From Spirochaetia bacterium (GTDB taxonomy: Bacteria; Spirochaetota; Spirochaetia; UBA9216): a stretch of 64,000 nt of DNA. Below the pieces are notes generated by a model that saw nothing but the letters and a program-made list of their open reading frames with translations, was not told the origin of the DNA and searched no databases. The stretch lies in assembly GCA_963677925.2 (NCBI GenBank), contig CAXXYH010000003.1, forward strand, positions 1,504,001-1,568,000, in the 5' to 3' direction. The number at the start of each line of letters is the position of its first letter. Within the stretch, counting starts at the first letter, position 1. Position numbers and translations under genes: made by a program. Shown here piece by piece: positions 19,255-28,406 of the stretch.

Positions 19255-19417
19255 ATCAGACCTCCCCTGTTAAAAACTACCCCCTTCATTATAGCAGCGT
19301 GAACTGCCGAATCGTCAAGGAAGATCTTTCAGGGGAGGTTTAACTGAACACTGCTGATATTTACAGTACTGCTGCAGGTGACTGAAGCGGACAGGTCAAG
19401 CCAGTATGCAATAAAGC

Positions 19418-20596
19418 TTAACCGGCAACTCCTGATTGTTTTCTTCTGTTTTCAAAACCTGCCAGAAAAAAAGCTGAGGCAAGACCTACTATCAGCATTA
19501 CGACTGAAGCATAGAGAAATATATTACTGATTGCAGTATTTATCATAATTCTTCCGTTTACCATTGTCCCCAGAGCGCCTCCAACAAACATGTTAAAGGA
19601 AGCCAGAGACATTGCCGTCCCGCGCATTGAGGGAAGTTTCATCTGTGCAGTTGAAACCAGCGTTGTCTGCAGGAAAATGAAAGCAATACCGAAACTGAAC
19701 AGTCCAAGACAGAGCATTAAAACACCGGAAAACCTTGATAAAATATACAGCCCTGCAAAACCGAGAATTCCGGCTGCTGCAAGAAAACCGTGTTTTAACA
19801 ACTTCCGCATTTTCGGTGCAATTCTTCCGCCGAATACTGTACCCACCCCGAAGCAGGATAAAATCAATCCTACCTGGAGAACAGATAATCCGGTAGCCTG
19901 CTGGAGCAGCTTACCTGAATAGGTAAAACTTCCAAAAACTGCAAAGCCGACAAAGAAAATGGTAACAACAAGCCGCATAAACCTGGCGTTCGACAGCGGC
20001 GTCTTATAGGCAGTTACAAAATTAAGCCTGTCCACTACTCCGCTGTCTTTTTCAAGCATCCTGGTCATTATCACAGCCGCCGCCAGCTCTCCGATACCGT
20101 AGACAATATAAACAAGTCTCCATGAGCCGAAATACGAAAGAATACCGCCAATGGCTGTAGCTGTAGCGCCGCCGAGAAACATCATCCCCATAACCTTCCC
20201 GAGTGCACCCTGCCGTTGCTTATCATCAAAAGACTGACCGACCAGGGCCATTGTTACAGGAAATATTCCCGCTCCGAAAGCTCCGTTGAAAGCTCTGAAG
20301 ACCATCAGACTCTGCAGATTAAATGCAAACCCACCCAGAATACTGAATACAGCGGTACCGAAGGCTGCGATACGGATAATCCGGACTTTTCCGAACCTGT
20401 CTGAAAGCGGACCGAAAATCAATGTAAAAAGTCCGAACGATAGCATATATGCAGTTACAGAGTATGCGGCATGCTGGACTGTAAGGTTCAAATCTTCGGA
20501 TATTTTCAGCAACAAAGGTGCCGCTGCATAATTATCTCCGTTAGTCATAAATGCCATAAGACCGAGAATCATCAGCATTGAGTTCTTCTTATTCAT
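19418..20596 (-). CDS. MFS transporter (drug/H+ antiporter-like)
   Basis: About 12 TMs, motif A GPLSDRFGKV, FRAFNGAFGA. Confidence 0.9.
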   Translation of the reverse strand: MNKKNSMLMILGLMAFMTNGDNYAAAPLLLKISEDLNLTVQHAAYSVTAYMLSFGLFTLIFGPLSDRFGKVRIIRIAAFGTAVFSILGGFAFNLQSLMVFRAFNGAFGAGIFPVTMALVGQSFDDKQRQGALGKVMGMMFLGGATATAIGGILSYFGSWRLVYIVYGIGELAAAVIMTRMLEKDSGVVDRLNFVTAYKTPLSNARFMRLVVTIFFVGFAVFGSFTYSGKLLQQATGLSVLQVGLILSCFGVGTVFGGRIAPKMRKLLKHGFLAAAGILGFAGLYILSRFSGVLMLCLGLFSFGIAFIFLQTTLVSTAQMKLPSMRGTAMSLASFNMFVGGALGTMVNGRIMINTAISNIFLYASVVMLIVGLASAFFLAGFENRRKQSGVAG

Positions 20597-20966
20597 CAGT
20601 TTTCCCTATTATTTCACCAATCTCACTGCTGACACGCTTAATAATTTCATCGGTAATTTCTGTTTTACCTTTTTCCACTCCGTAATCAGTCATAACAAAC
20701 TGTGTATAGGGCAGGTTTTTATTTTCAAATATTTTCTTTCCGCACCCTACCTTGCATCCGTCCATAATAAAATTCCCGTCTGACTCTTTTGCAGAGATCA
20801 GAAATCCTGAAAGATCCGCACCGACTGCAGCCAGACAGGTTCCGGCAGCAACCCCTTCTGACTTCAGCGCTCTAAAAACCTGATCAGCAAGATACCCGGT
20901 ATTGGCTGCACCTGAACATGAGTATATGAGCCTGACCTTTTTATCATCACCGCAACAGCATGACAT
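20589..20966 (-). CDS. DGC-domain putative zinc-binding protein
   Basis: CCC N-terminus, YSCSGAANTG, CLA, IMDGCKVGCGKK. Confidence 0.85.
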   Translation of the reverse strand: MSCCCGDDKKVRLIYSCSGAANTGYLADQVFRALKSEGVAAGTCLAAVGADLSGFLISAKESDGNFIMDGCKVGCGKKIFENKNLPYTQFVMTDYGVEKGKTEITDEIIKRVSSEIGEIIGKTDE

Positions 20967-20979
20967 TTGATACTCCTTT

Positions 20980-21027
20980 TTTGTTTAAAAGTTTCTTTAT
21001 TAAGAAACTTTTAAACAAAGATGTCAA
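20980..21027 (-). promoter_or_regulatory. Promoter with an 18-4-18 perfect inverted-repeat operator upstream of DGC-MFS
   Basis: TTTGTTTAAAAGTTTCTT-tatt-AAGAAACTTTTAAACAAA (20980-21019), with a minus-strand TTGACA at 21027-21022. Confidence 0.75.
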
Positions 21028-21071
21028 GTATCTATCCTGATGCAACCTGGCTATTTTAAGTATTCATTAAC

Positions 21072-21101
21072 TTGCCAACTTTTAAAAATGAGTGCTATAC
21101 T
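21072..21101 (+). promoter_or_regulatory. Sigma-70 promoter giving a probable leaderless LacI transcript
   Basis: TTGCCA-18-TGcTATACT. ATG 21108 lies 7 nt downstream and there is no SD. Confidence 0.65.
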
Positions 21102-21107
21102 CGGGCC

Positions 21108-22094
21108 ATGGCTATCACAGTAAAAGAAGTTGCAGTTCATGCAGGTGTTTCAACAGCTACGGTATCAAGAGTCCTGAATAACGACCCCGGTATAAAACCG
21201 TCCACAAGGGAAAAAGTCCTGAAAGCGATCAAAGACACCGGCTACAGAATGAACCGTGCGGCAAGAAGCCTGAAAACTTCCAGGACAGGAACTGTAGGCC
21301 TGCTTGTACCGGAACTTGTAAACGACTTTTTTATGACTGTGGCAAAGGGCGTTGAAGATGAGCTTCGGGCCTACGGCTACGGGGTAATTCTCTGCAATGC
21401 AAATGAAAACACAGATGACGAGAAAGACCGGATTGAACTTCTTATAGAGCAGTGTGTAGATGGTGTGATTATCATTCCGGTCGGTTCCAAAGGAAATCAT
21501 TTTAATCTTTTAAGCAGGACGGAAACCCCGGTTGTACTTGTCGACAGACTGGTAGAGGATTTCTCAAGTGACGCAGTACTGGCAGATAACATAAGCGGAG
21601 CGTTTTCGGCAGTAGAAAAACTGATAGCAGACGGCTGCAGGCGCTTCGGTTTTATCGGCGGGAGCCTTGATCTCTCAAACTTCCGTGAACGGTATGAAGG
21701 CTTTCAGAAGGCCCTTGATGCCCACGGAATTAAACCTGAGCCTGAAATTATCAAGTTCGGAGATGTTCACATAGAATCCGGCTACAGATTCATGAAAGAG
21801 CTGATGGAAGCCCCTTCCCCGCCTGAAAATGTATTTATAGCCAACTACTTTCTTCATGTAGGAGCGGCAAAATTTCTGTTCGAACACAAAAATGAACTCC
21901 CCTGTGATATCAGGATCGCCGGTTTTGACGATATGGCCCTCTCTTCAATACTCGGATTTTCAAGTGTAACGGTTTCACAGCCTATGCTTGAGATGGGAAA
22001 GACAGCAGCGAATCTGCTTATGAGACGGATAAAGAAGGAAACAGAAGAATGCTGCTCGATAATAAGACTTGAAACCAGCCTCATTGAGCATTGA
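21108..22094 (+). CDS. LacI-family transcriptional regulator (probable fucI repressor)
   Basis: MAITVKEVAVHAGVSTATVSRVLN and hinge NRAARSLK. The ORF-track TTG 21072 is the -35 box. Confidence 0.95.
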   Translation: MAITVKEVAVHAGVSTATVSRVLNNDPGIKPSTREKVLKAIKDTGYRMNRAARSLKTSRTGTVGLLVPELVNDFFMTVAKGVEDELRAYGYGVILCNANENTDDEKDRIELLIEQCVDGVIIIPVGSKGNHFNLLSRTETPVVLVDRLVEDFSSDAVLADNISGAFSAVEKLIADGCRRFGFIGGSLDLSNFRERYEGFQKALDAHGIKPEPEIIKFGDVHIESGYRFMKELMEAPSPPENVFIANYFLHVGAAKFLFEHKNELPCDIRIAGFDDMALSSILGFSSVTVSQPMLEMGKTAANLLMRRIKKETEECCSIIRLETSLIEH

Positions 22095-22168
22095 TTTTCA
22101 ACCCATCCTGAATAATACTTAAATTTACAGACAGATTTTTCTTGATTTTTATTTTAAATCGGTGGATA

Positions 22169-22192
22169 ATAAATGTAATCGATTACATTTAT
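22169..22192. promoter_or_regulatory. LacI-type operator upstream of fucI
   Basis: Perfect 24-bp palindrome ATAAATGTAATCGATTACATTTAT with a central CG, overlapping the end of TTGATT-17-GATAAT (22142-22170). Confidence 0.85.
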
Positions 22193-22228
22193 ACTCTTGA
22201 TTATCGACAGTTTAAGGAGTTTTTTCTG

Positions 22229-24034
22229 ATGAGTACAGGAAAGGAATTCAAAAACAGACTAAAAGGCGAAATGCCTAAAATCGGCATACGTCCTGTTATT
22301 GACGGAAGGATGAGGGGTGTACGCGAATCACTCGAAGTCCAGACTATGAACATGGCTGCATCAGCCGCAAAATTAATTACTGAAAATCTCAGGCATCCCA
22401 ACGGACTTCCTGTTGAATGCGTTATTTCTGATACAACCATAGGCGGAGTTGCAGAAGCTGCTCAGTGCGCTGAGAAATTCGCCAGAGAAGGTGTAGGTGT
22501 TTCACTTACAGTAACCCCCTGCTGGTGCTATGGGACCGAGGTAATGGATGCCGATCCCAACCTGCCGAAAGCTGTATGGGGATTTAACGGTACAGAACGC
22601 CCGGGTGCGGTTTATCTTGCCGCAGCTCTTGCCGGTTATGCCCAGAAGGGACTGCCAGCATTCGGTATCTACGGACGTGATGTTCAGGACTCCGACGATA
22701 CATCAATTCCCGAAGACGTAAAAGGCAAACTGCTCTCATTCTCAAAGGCCGGACTGGCTGTAGCCTACATGAAGGGTAAATCATACCTTTCAATCGGCGG
22801 AACCTCTATGGGTATTGCAGGATCAATTGTAGACCAGGATTTTTTCCAGGAATATCTTGGAATGCGGACCGAAGTAGTCGACATGAGCGAAGTTGCCCGC
22901 CGTGTCGAAGAGGATATCTACGACAAAGATGAGTTTAAAATAGCTCTTGAATGGGTAAAAAAGAACTGTAAAGAGCAGGAAGACACTGTTAATCCTCCAG
23001 AGTGGAGACGCTCCCCCGAACAGCGCCAGAGCGACTGGGAATATGTAACCAAGATGGTTATGATAGGCCGCGACCTCATGGTAGGCAATCCCAAGCTTGC
23101 AGAGATGGGATATGGAGAAGAGGCCATGGGCCGCAATGCAATAGCAGGCGGATTTCAGGGCCAGAGGTCATGGACCGACCACTACCCCAACGGCGACTTC
23201 ATGGAAACCATGCTCAATACATCATTCGACTGGAACGGAATACGTGAAGCCTTCGTTTTCGCCACCGAAAATGATGCACTTAACGCTGTCCCCATGCTTT
23301 TCGGTCATCTTCTTACCGACACTGCACAGATCTTCAGCGATGTAAGAACTTACTGGAGCCCTGAAGCAATCGAAAGAGTAACAGGATGGAAACCTGAAGG
23401 TAAGGCTGCTGACGGCCTTATTCACCTGATAAACTCAGGCTCAACAACCCTTGACGGAACAGGCGAACAGACGGGTAAAGACGGCAAGCCTGTAATGAAA
23501 CCCTTCTGGGACATCACTGAAGATGAGGTTAAGAAATGTCTTGAGGCAACAGAGTTCTGCGTCGGCGACGGCGGATACTTCAGAGGCGGCGGCTATTCAA
23601 CTGACTTCCTCACTAAAGGTGATATGCCTATTACTATGAGCCGTGTGAATATCATCAAGGGACTGGGCCCTGTTCTTCAGCTTGCAGAAGGCTGGACTGT
23701 AACAATTCCCGAGAAGGCGCATGACACACTCGATGTCAGAACAAATCCGACCTGGCCTACAACCTGGTTTGCTCCAAGAGTTACAGGAAAGGACGGGGCT
23801 TTCAAGGATGTATATTCTGTAATGGCAAACTGGGGTGCAAACCACGGCGCCATAAGCTATGGACATATCGGCGATAAACTGATAACACTATGTTCTATGC
23901 TTAGGATTCCTGTATGCATGCATAACGTTGAAGATGAAAGAATCTTCAGGCCTGCAGTATGGAATTCATTCGGTATGGACAAAGAAGGTGCAGACTACAG
24001 AGCCTGCGGAAACTTCGGACCAATATATAAATAA
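22229..24034 (+). CDS. fucI: L-fucose isomerase (D-arabinose isomerase)
   Basis: [65 protein letters not shown] 22229 has an AAGGAG RBS. Confidence 0.97.
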   Translation: MSTGKEFKNRLKGEMPKIGIRPVIDGRMRGVRESLEVQTMNMAASAAKLITENLRHPNGLPVECVISDTTIGGVAEAAQCAEKFAREGVGVSLTVTPCWCYGTEVMDADPNLPKAVWGFNGTERPGAVYLAAALAGYAQKGLPAFGIYGRDVQDSDDTSIPEDVKGKLLSFSKAGLAVAYMKGKSYLSIGGTSMGIAGSIVDQDFFQEYLGMRTEVVDMSEVARRVEEDIYDKDEFKIALEWVKKNCKEQEDTVNPPEWRRSPEQRQSDWEYVTKMVMIGRDLMVGNPKLAEMGYGEEAMGRNAIAGGFQGQRSWTDHYPNGDFMETMLNTSFDWNGIREAFVFATENDALNAVPMLFGHLLTDTAQIFSDVRTYWSPEAIERVTGWKPEGKAADGLIHLINSGSTTLDGTGEQTGKDGKPVMKPFWDITEDEVKKCLEATEFCVGDGGYFRGGGYSTDFLTKGDMPITMSRVNIIKGLGPVLQLAEGWTVTIPEKAHDTLDVRTNPTWPTTWFAPRVTGKDGAFKDVYSVMANWGANHGAISYGHIGDKLITLCSMLRIPVCMHNVEDERIFRPAVWNSFGMDKEGADYRACGNFGPIYK

Positions 24035-24084
24035 ACTCCATAAGGATTTTATTATTAGGACGACTTGATTCAATTGAATCTGTA

Positions 24085-24124
24085 AGGGGCTGACCGGAAT
24101 TCATTTCCGGCCGGTTCTTTTTTT
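24085..24124 (+). terminator. Rho-independent terminator after fucI
   Basis: GGGGCTGACCGGAA-ttcat-TTCCGGCCGGTTC followed by T7. Confidence 0.75.
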
Positions 24125-24181
24125 CTAAATACTCTTATTTTTTACATCTTAACAACTTTTTTAAATACAACATAAAATTGC

Positions 24182-25537
24182 CTATTTTTTATTTTCTCTT
24201 GACACTTCCCGGAGAGTATCTTCCAGCCGATTTAAAACTTCATCAATCTGTTCTCTGGTTATTATAAGCGGCGGCTCAAATCTTATTGTATTGGCGCTTA
24301 TCAATGTCCCTGCAACTAGAACCTTCCGTTTAAAAAGCCCGGACGCTACATGATATCCTGTTTCCGAGTCAACAAAATGCTGTCCGATCAGAAGCCCCTT
24401 ACCAGTTACCTTAGAATAAATTCCGGGATATCTTTCCCCTAAGTCTCTAATCTTCCCGATAAAATAATTGCCGTTTTCTTCAGCCTTTTTAGGTAAGTCT
24501 TCCCTTAAGGTAATTTCAATCGCTTTTATTGCAGCAGCACAGGCCATCGGATTTCCACCGGTTGTTGTAGTATGAATAAACGGATTCGGATCTTCAAGAG
24601 CCTTCCAGATTTCTGCATTACTCATAAAACTTCCGATAGGCATTACCCCGCCTCCAAGTGATTTTGCTGTACACAGTATATCTGGAACAACATTCCAGTG
24701 TTCAACCGCCCACATTGTACCGGTTCGGCCCATACCGGTTTGAACCTCATCACATATCATCAGAATTTCATATCTGCTGCAGATTTCCCTGACTCTTGGC
24801 CAGTACTCTTCAGGCGGGACTATAGCCCCGGCCTCGCCCTGAATAGGTTCAGCTATAAATGCAGCTACTTCAATTCCTACAGTAGCTAAGATCTCAAGCT
24901 GTTTTGCAAGTGCATCGGCATCTCCGAAAGGTACAAAATAATTCTGAGTTCCAAAAGGCTGCATTTCATAGCGATAATCTTTTTTTCCCATAACAGCCAA
25001 AGAACCGGCGGTTTTACCGTGAAAAGCCTTTGTTGTGCTTATCAGAGCGTGTTTTCCAGTATACAACCTTGCAAGTTTTAAAGCACCTTCGACTGCTTCA
25101 GTTCCTGAGTTTACAAAAAAAGCATGATCAATATTTCCGGGTGTAACCTTCGCTAGCAAACCAGCTAATGCTCCACGCAGCGGATCCATCAGCTCCTGGG
25201 TTGGAATACCTGATCTTGCAGCCTGCGATTTAACAGCATCTACAACCTCAGGATGAGACCATCCCAAATCAAGAGCACCATAACCGCCAAGACAGTCAAT
25301 GTATTCTTTTCCGAAGATGTCATAATAATAAATTCCATTACCCTTCCATTCGGTTCCTGCATAATCTCCAGATTCAGTTACCGATTTGCGATACTCGACC
25401 CAACCCTTATTAAAATGATTCACAAAATTATCTACTGTTTCTTCTGCTACCCATCGTGCCGTTTCTGTATCGACCTCCTGACTTGTAATGATATCAGACC
25501 ATTTTTGGGCATATGCCACGGGATCGTTATATCTCAT
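24182..25537 (-). CDS. patA: Putrescine aminotransferase (class III PLP)
   Basis: EYRKSVTESGDY...EW N-terminal signature, IDCLGGYG, EPIQGEAG, DEVQTGMGRTG, AKSLGGG, HTTTTGGNP. Confidence 0.92.
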   Translation of the reverse strand: MRYNDPVAYAQKWSDIITSQEVDTETARWVAEETVDNFVNHFNKGWVEYRKSVTESGDYAGTEWKGNGIYYYDIFGKEYIDCLGGYGALDLGWSHPEVVDAVKSQAARSGIPTQELMDPLRGALAGLLAKVTPGNIDHAFFVNSGTEAVEGALKLARLYTGKHALISTTKAFHGKTAGSLAVMGKKDYRYEMQPFGTQNYFVPFGDADALAKQLEILATVGIEVAAFIAEPIQGEAGAIVPPEEYWPRVREICSRYEILMICDEVQTGMGRTGTMWAVEHWNVVPDILCTAKSLGGGVMPIGSFMSNAEIWKALEDPNPFIHTTTTGGNPMACAAAIKAIEITLREDLPKKAEENGNYFIGKIRDLGERYPGIYSKVTGKGLLIGQHFVDSETGYHVASGLFKRKVLVAGTLISANTIRFEPPLIITREQIDEVLNRLEDTLREVSRENKK

Positions 25538-26454
25538 TTCTGTTTCCCTTCTAATTGAATATTATTTTTGTTGTTGTAAATTGCTCCAAACACTTCATAT
25601 ATAATTTTTAATGCAGCCCAGGAGGTAATGTCTGAACTGTCCATAGGTGGTGAAACTTCTACAATATCAAGCACCTTTACCGGAAGGCTTGCAAGCAGAC
25701 TCTTTATTAATTGCAGAAGCTCTCGTGATGTGAGTCCTCCCGCTTCGGGTGTACCGGTTCCTGGGGCATAGGCGGGGTCAAGAACATCAATATCGATTGA
25801 AACATAAACCGCATCATAAGCCTCATATCTTGAGACCAAATCTTCCGCAGTTGCAGAGATCCCCTTATTCCATATATCTTCAGCGGTGATAATATTAATT
25901 TTTTGATGCTCGGCAAGGTACTCAAGTTCTTCTTTTTCCCAGGATCTTATCCCGACCAGAGACAGTCCCTCATCACTCATAGCGTAATGCTCAAGGGCTC
26001 TCCGCTGCGTACATGCATGAGACCACCTGTGTCCGCAGTATTCATCAAGAATATCACTATGTGAATCCAAATGAATTATACCGGCCTTTTTACCGGAGTA
26101 CTCATCAAGAAAAGCCTGCTCCAGAGGTATTGTTACTGAATGATCACCTCCCAGAAACAGGCAGAACTTACCGCAGCCAATTAATTGTCCGGATTCGGTT
26201 CGTATAGTCTCCCATAATCTTTCCCAGTCAAGATCGACTTGAAAATCACCTGCATCAAAGACATGAAAATCTTTCAGCTCTGTTCCGTTCTCTGTAAAGG
26301 GAGGCAGGATTTTTGAAAGCTGCCGGATACGTTCAGGGGCCTGCCAAGCTCCCTTACCGGCACTGGCAGCATTGTCCCATGGCACAGCCTTTAACAGGAC
26401 ATCTGCGTTTTCTATAACCGGAGTATTCAACTCTGTCCATGGCTTATTCAACAT
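25534..26454 (-). CDS. speB: Agmatinase / ureohydrolase family
   Basis: GGDHS, HLDSHSD, SIDIDVLDPAYAPGTGTPEAGG, VEVSP. Confidence 0.85.
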   Translation of the reverse strand: MLNKPWTELNTPVIENADVLLKAVPWDNAASAGKGAWQAPERIRQLSKILPPFTENGTELKDFHVFDAGDFQVDLDWERLWETIRTESGQLIGCGKFCLFLGGDHSVTIPLEQAFLDEYSGKKAGIIHLDSHSDILDEYCGHRWSHACTQRRALEHYAMSDEGLSLVGIRSWEKEELEYLAEHQKINIITAEDIWNKGISATAEDLVSRYEAYDAVYVSIDIDVLDPAYAPGTGTPEAGGLTSRELLQLIKSLLASLPVKVLDIVEVSPPMDSSDITSWAALKIIYEVFGAIYNNKNNIQLEGKQK

Positions 26455-26463
26455 AAATTGTTC

Positions 26464-26949
26464 CTATTTGAGCATATATGCATTGTAGCAAATCTCTCCG
26501 GTCTGCTTTATTCCCATGACAGCAAATGCAATGACCCCGTTAAGCCACTTATATTTTTCAGCTCCTGTCTGAAAAAACAGATGCTGTCGAAAATAATAAT
26601 TTCCAGGGTCTACAAACTCGCCTCGGTCAAGAGCTTCATCCTGCTCTTTACTATTAATGTATCTGCCGTTGGTTGAGATAGCAATATTCGCCCCATCATC
26701 GGTCTTTAGCAGATATCTTGTATCCATCACATCAACTCCGTCTTTATCCATAAAATTCCAGTCTGCACCGAAGTTTAAAATTTCGCCCCTCATCTTTTCA
26801 CCTTCAAAATATCCGCCGACCACCGGATAGATATTGAGGTCCGCCGTCCCGATATCTCCAATTGGAATTATCGGGGCACAGTCGGCTTCAAGGTAAAAGA
26901 GCTTTTCAACTTTTAGCTCCGGTATCTTAAGAGGATTCGATTTATCCAT
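26464..26949 (-). CDS. DUF3237-family beta-barrel protein
   Basis: PVVGGYFEG, GADW, TRYLLKTDDGA, YYFR...FQTGAEKYKWLN. Confidence 0.85.
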   Translation of the reverse strand: MDKSNPLKIPELKVEKLFYLEADCAPIIPIGDIGTADLNIYPVVGGYFEGEKMRGEILNFGADWNFMDKDGVDVMDTRYLLKTDDGANIAISTNGRYINSKEQDEALDRGEFVDPGNYYFRQHLFFQTGAEKYKWLNGVIAFAVMGIKQTGEICYNAYMLK

Positions 26950-26964
26950 TCTTTTACCTCTTAA

Positions 26965-28371
26965 TTATTCGATGCCTTCCAGCGAATATTCTTCACCGTT
27001 TCTCTTCTTTGCAAGAGCCCCTTCAACCAGCTCAAACTTCTTACTCTTAAGCGGATAGAAAAGAAGAAACACCAGAGATGCCGCATGCAGGACGAGTGGA
27101 AAAACAGTAATCAACATAGTCATTCCGGATAAGGCCTTCTCGGATTGTTCCATCGCATTAGGGACATATTCAAAAACCTCCAGGACCAGACCTATCAGCC
27201 ACATGGCAACTGCGCCGCCCATCTTCAGAATAAAAGAAGTATAAGAAACTAAAATACCATCGTGCCTGGTTCCTGTTTTAAGTTCGGAGAGATCTCCAAT
27301 TTCATAGGCGAATGTATAACCATAGGTCCACAGTGAGAATACAGAAAAGCTCCAGAAAGTAAAATAAAGCAGAAATACCCAGAACTGAGTCATATCAAGA
27401 ACATAGGGTATGGTGAAAAGAAGGAGTCCTGTGATTATTACAGAAAAAACATAAATATTATGATTGGAGAATTTATTCCTAACAAGATGTGCACCGAAAA
27501 TCCAAATTAAATTGAACACTGCAGCAATTGTAAAGACACCGCCAATCTGCGCATCATTGAATCCTGCCTTGTAAATCATCACATAGGGCATAGAGCTTTG
27601 CACGACAACCTGACTTATTGCAAGGATAAAACTGAAAGCAAGAAGATATCGATAGGGCTTAAGCTTTATAACATCCTTCAGCGATTTAATTGGATTTTCT
27701 GACGGGATAACAGCATTCTTATCCTCCCTGCCCCTGGTCGCATTCCAGGCAATAAATCCCAGAATAAAACCTACGATTGCTACTACAATCACCGAAAGCT
27801 GCCAGCCCTTCGCTCCGGATGCTGTTTTTTCAGCAAAAAAGCCGATCGCAGGCCACATAAAAGTATTCAAAAACACCATTGTGACGACAAGAAAGAAAGT
27901 TGCAAAATACCTTAGTGAAGTTCTTTCCTGCGGGTCAGCTGTAATATCAGTGGCAAGGGTATTATAAGGAATGTCGTACATTGTCAAACCGAGCCAGAAC
28001 ACCATTGCCATAAATGTGTAATAAAAGTTCTTCATTCCCTGGCTGAATTCAACAACAGTAAAAAGTAATACTGCAGATACAGCAACAATAAAAAGGCCTA
28101 TGATCATATAAGGACGTTTTCTACCGTACTTTGATTTAGAACGATCTGAAAGATAACCCACAGCAGGATCTGAAATCCCATCCCATAATACTGCAATGAA
28201 CGAGATGGTTCCTGCATAAATAGGTGAAATACCTGCAACATCTGTAAGAAATAGCATAAAGAAGATATAGAACAGGTTATACAGCAGAACACTTATCCCG
28301 CCGTAACCGGCTCCATAACCGAACTTGAACCAGAAACCAAGTTTTTTTACACCAACACCGGTATCACTCAT
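26965..28371 (-). CDS. MFS transporter, glycoside-pentoside-hexuronide (MelB-like) family
   Basis: WDGISDPAVGYLSDRSKSKYGRKRPY, DIPYNTL..IT.DPQER. Confidence 0.9.
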   Translation of the reverse strand: MSDTGVGVKKLGFWFKFGYGAGYGGISVLLYNLFYIFFMLFLTDVAGISPIYAGTISFIAVLWDGISDPAVGYLSDRSKSKYGRKRPYMIIGLFIVAVSAVLLFTVVEFSQGMKNFYYTFMAMVFWLGLTMYDIPYNTLATDITADPQERTSLRYFATFFLVVTMVFLNTFMWPAIGFFAEKTASGAKGWQLSVIVVAIVGFILGFIAWNATRGREDKNAVIPSENPIKSLKDVIKLKPYRYLLAFSFILAISQVVVQSSMPYVMIYKAGFNDAQIGGVFTIAAVFNLIWIFGAHLVRNKFSNHNIYVFSVIITGLLLFTIPYVLDMTQFWVFLLYFTFWSFSVFSLWTYGYTFAYEIGDLSELKTGTRHDGILVSYTSFILKMGGAVAMWLIGLVLEVFEYVPNAMEQSEKALSGMTMLITVFPLVLHAASLVFLLFYPLKSKKFELVEGALAKKRNGEEYSLEGIE

Positions 28372-28406
28372 GATACTCTCTCCTTCTTATATAATATGAA
28401 AGTAAG

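Noticed and set aside
19262-19417. Possible riboswitch or MerR-type promoter (TTGACG-19-TATAAT) upstream of the UroD-like gene
   Set aside because: No recognisable cobalamin, fluoride or SAM aptamer. The spacer dyad is only 4 bp, and the TG-extended -10 explains the promoter on its own.
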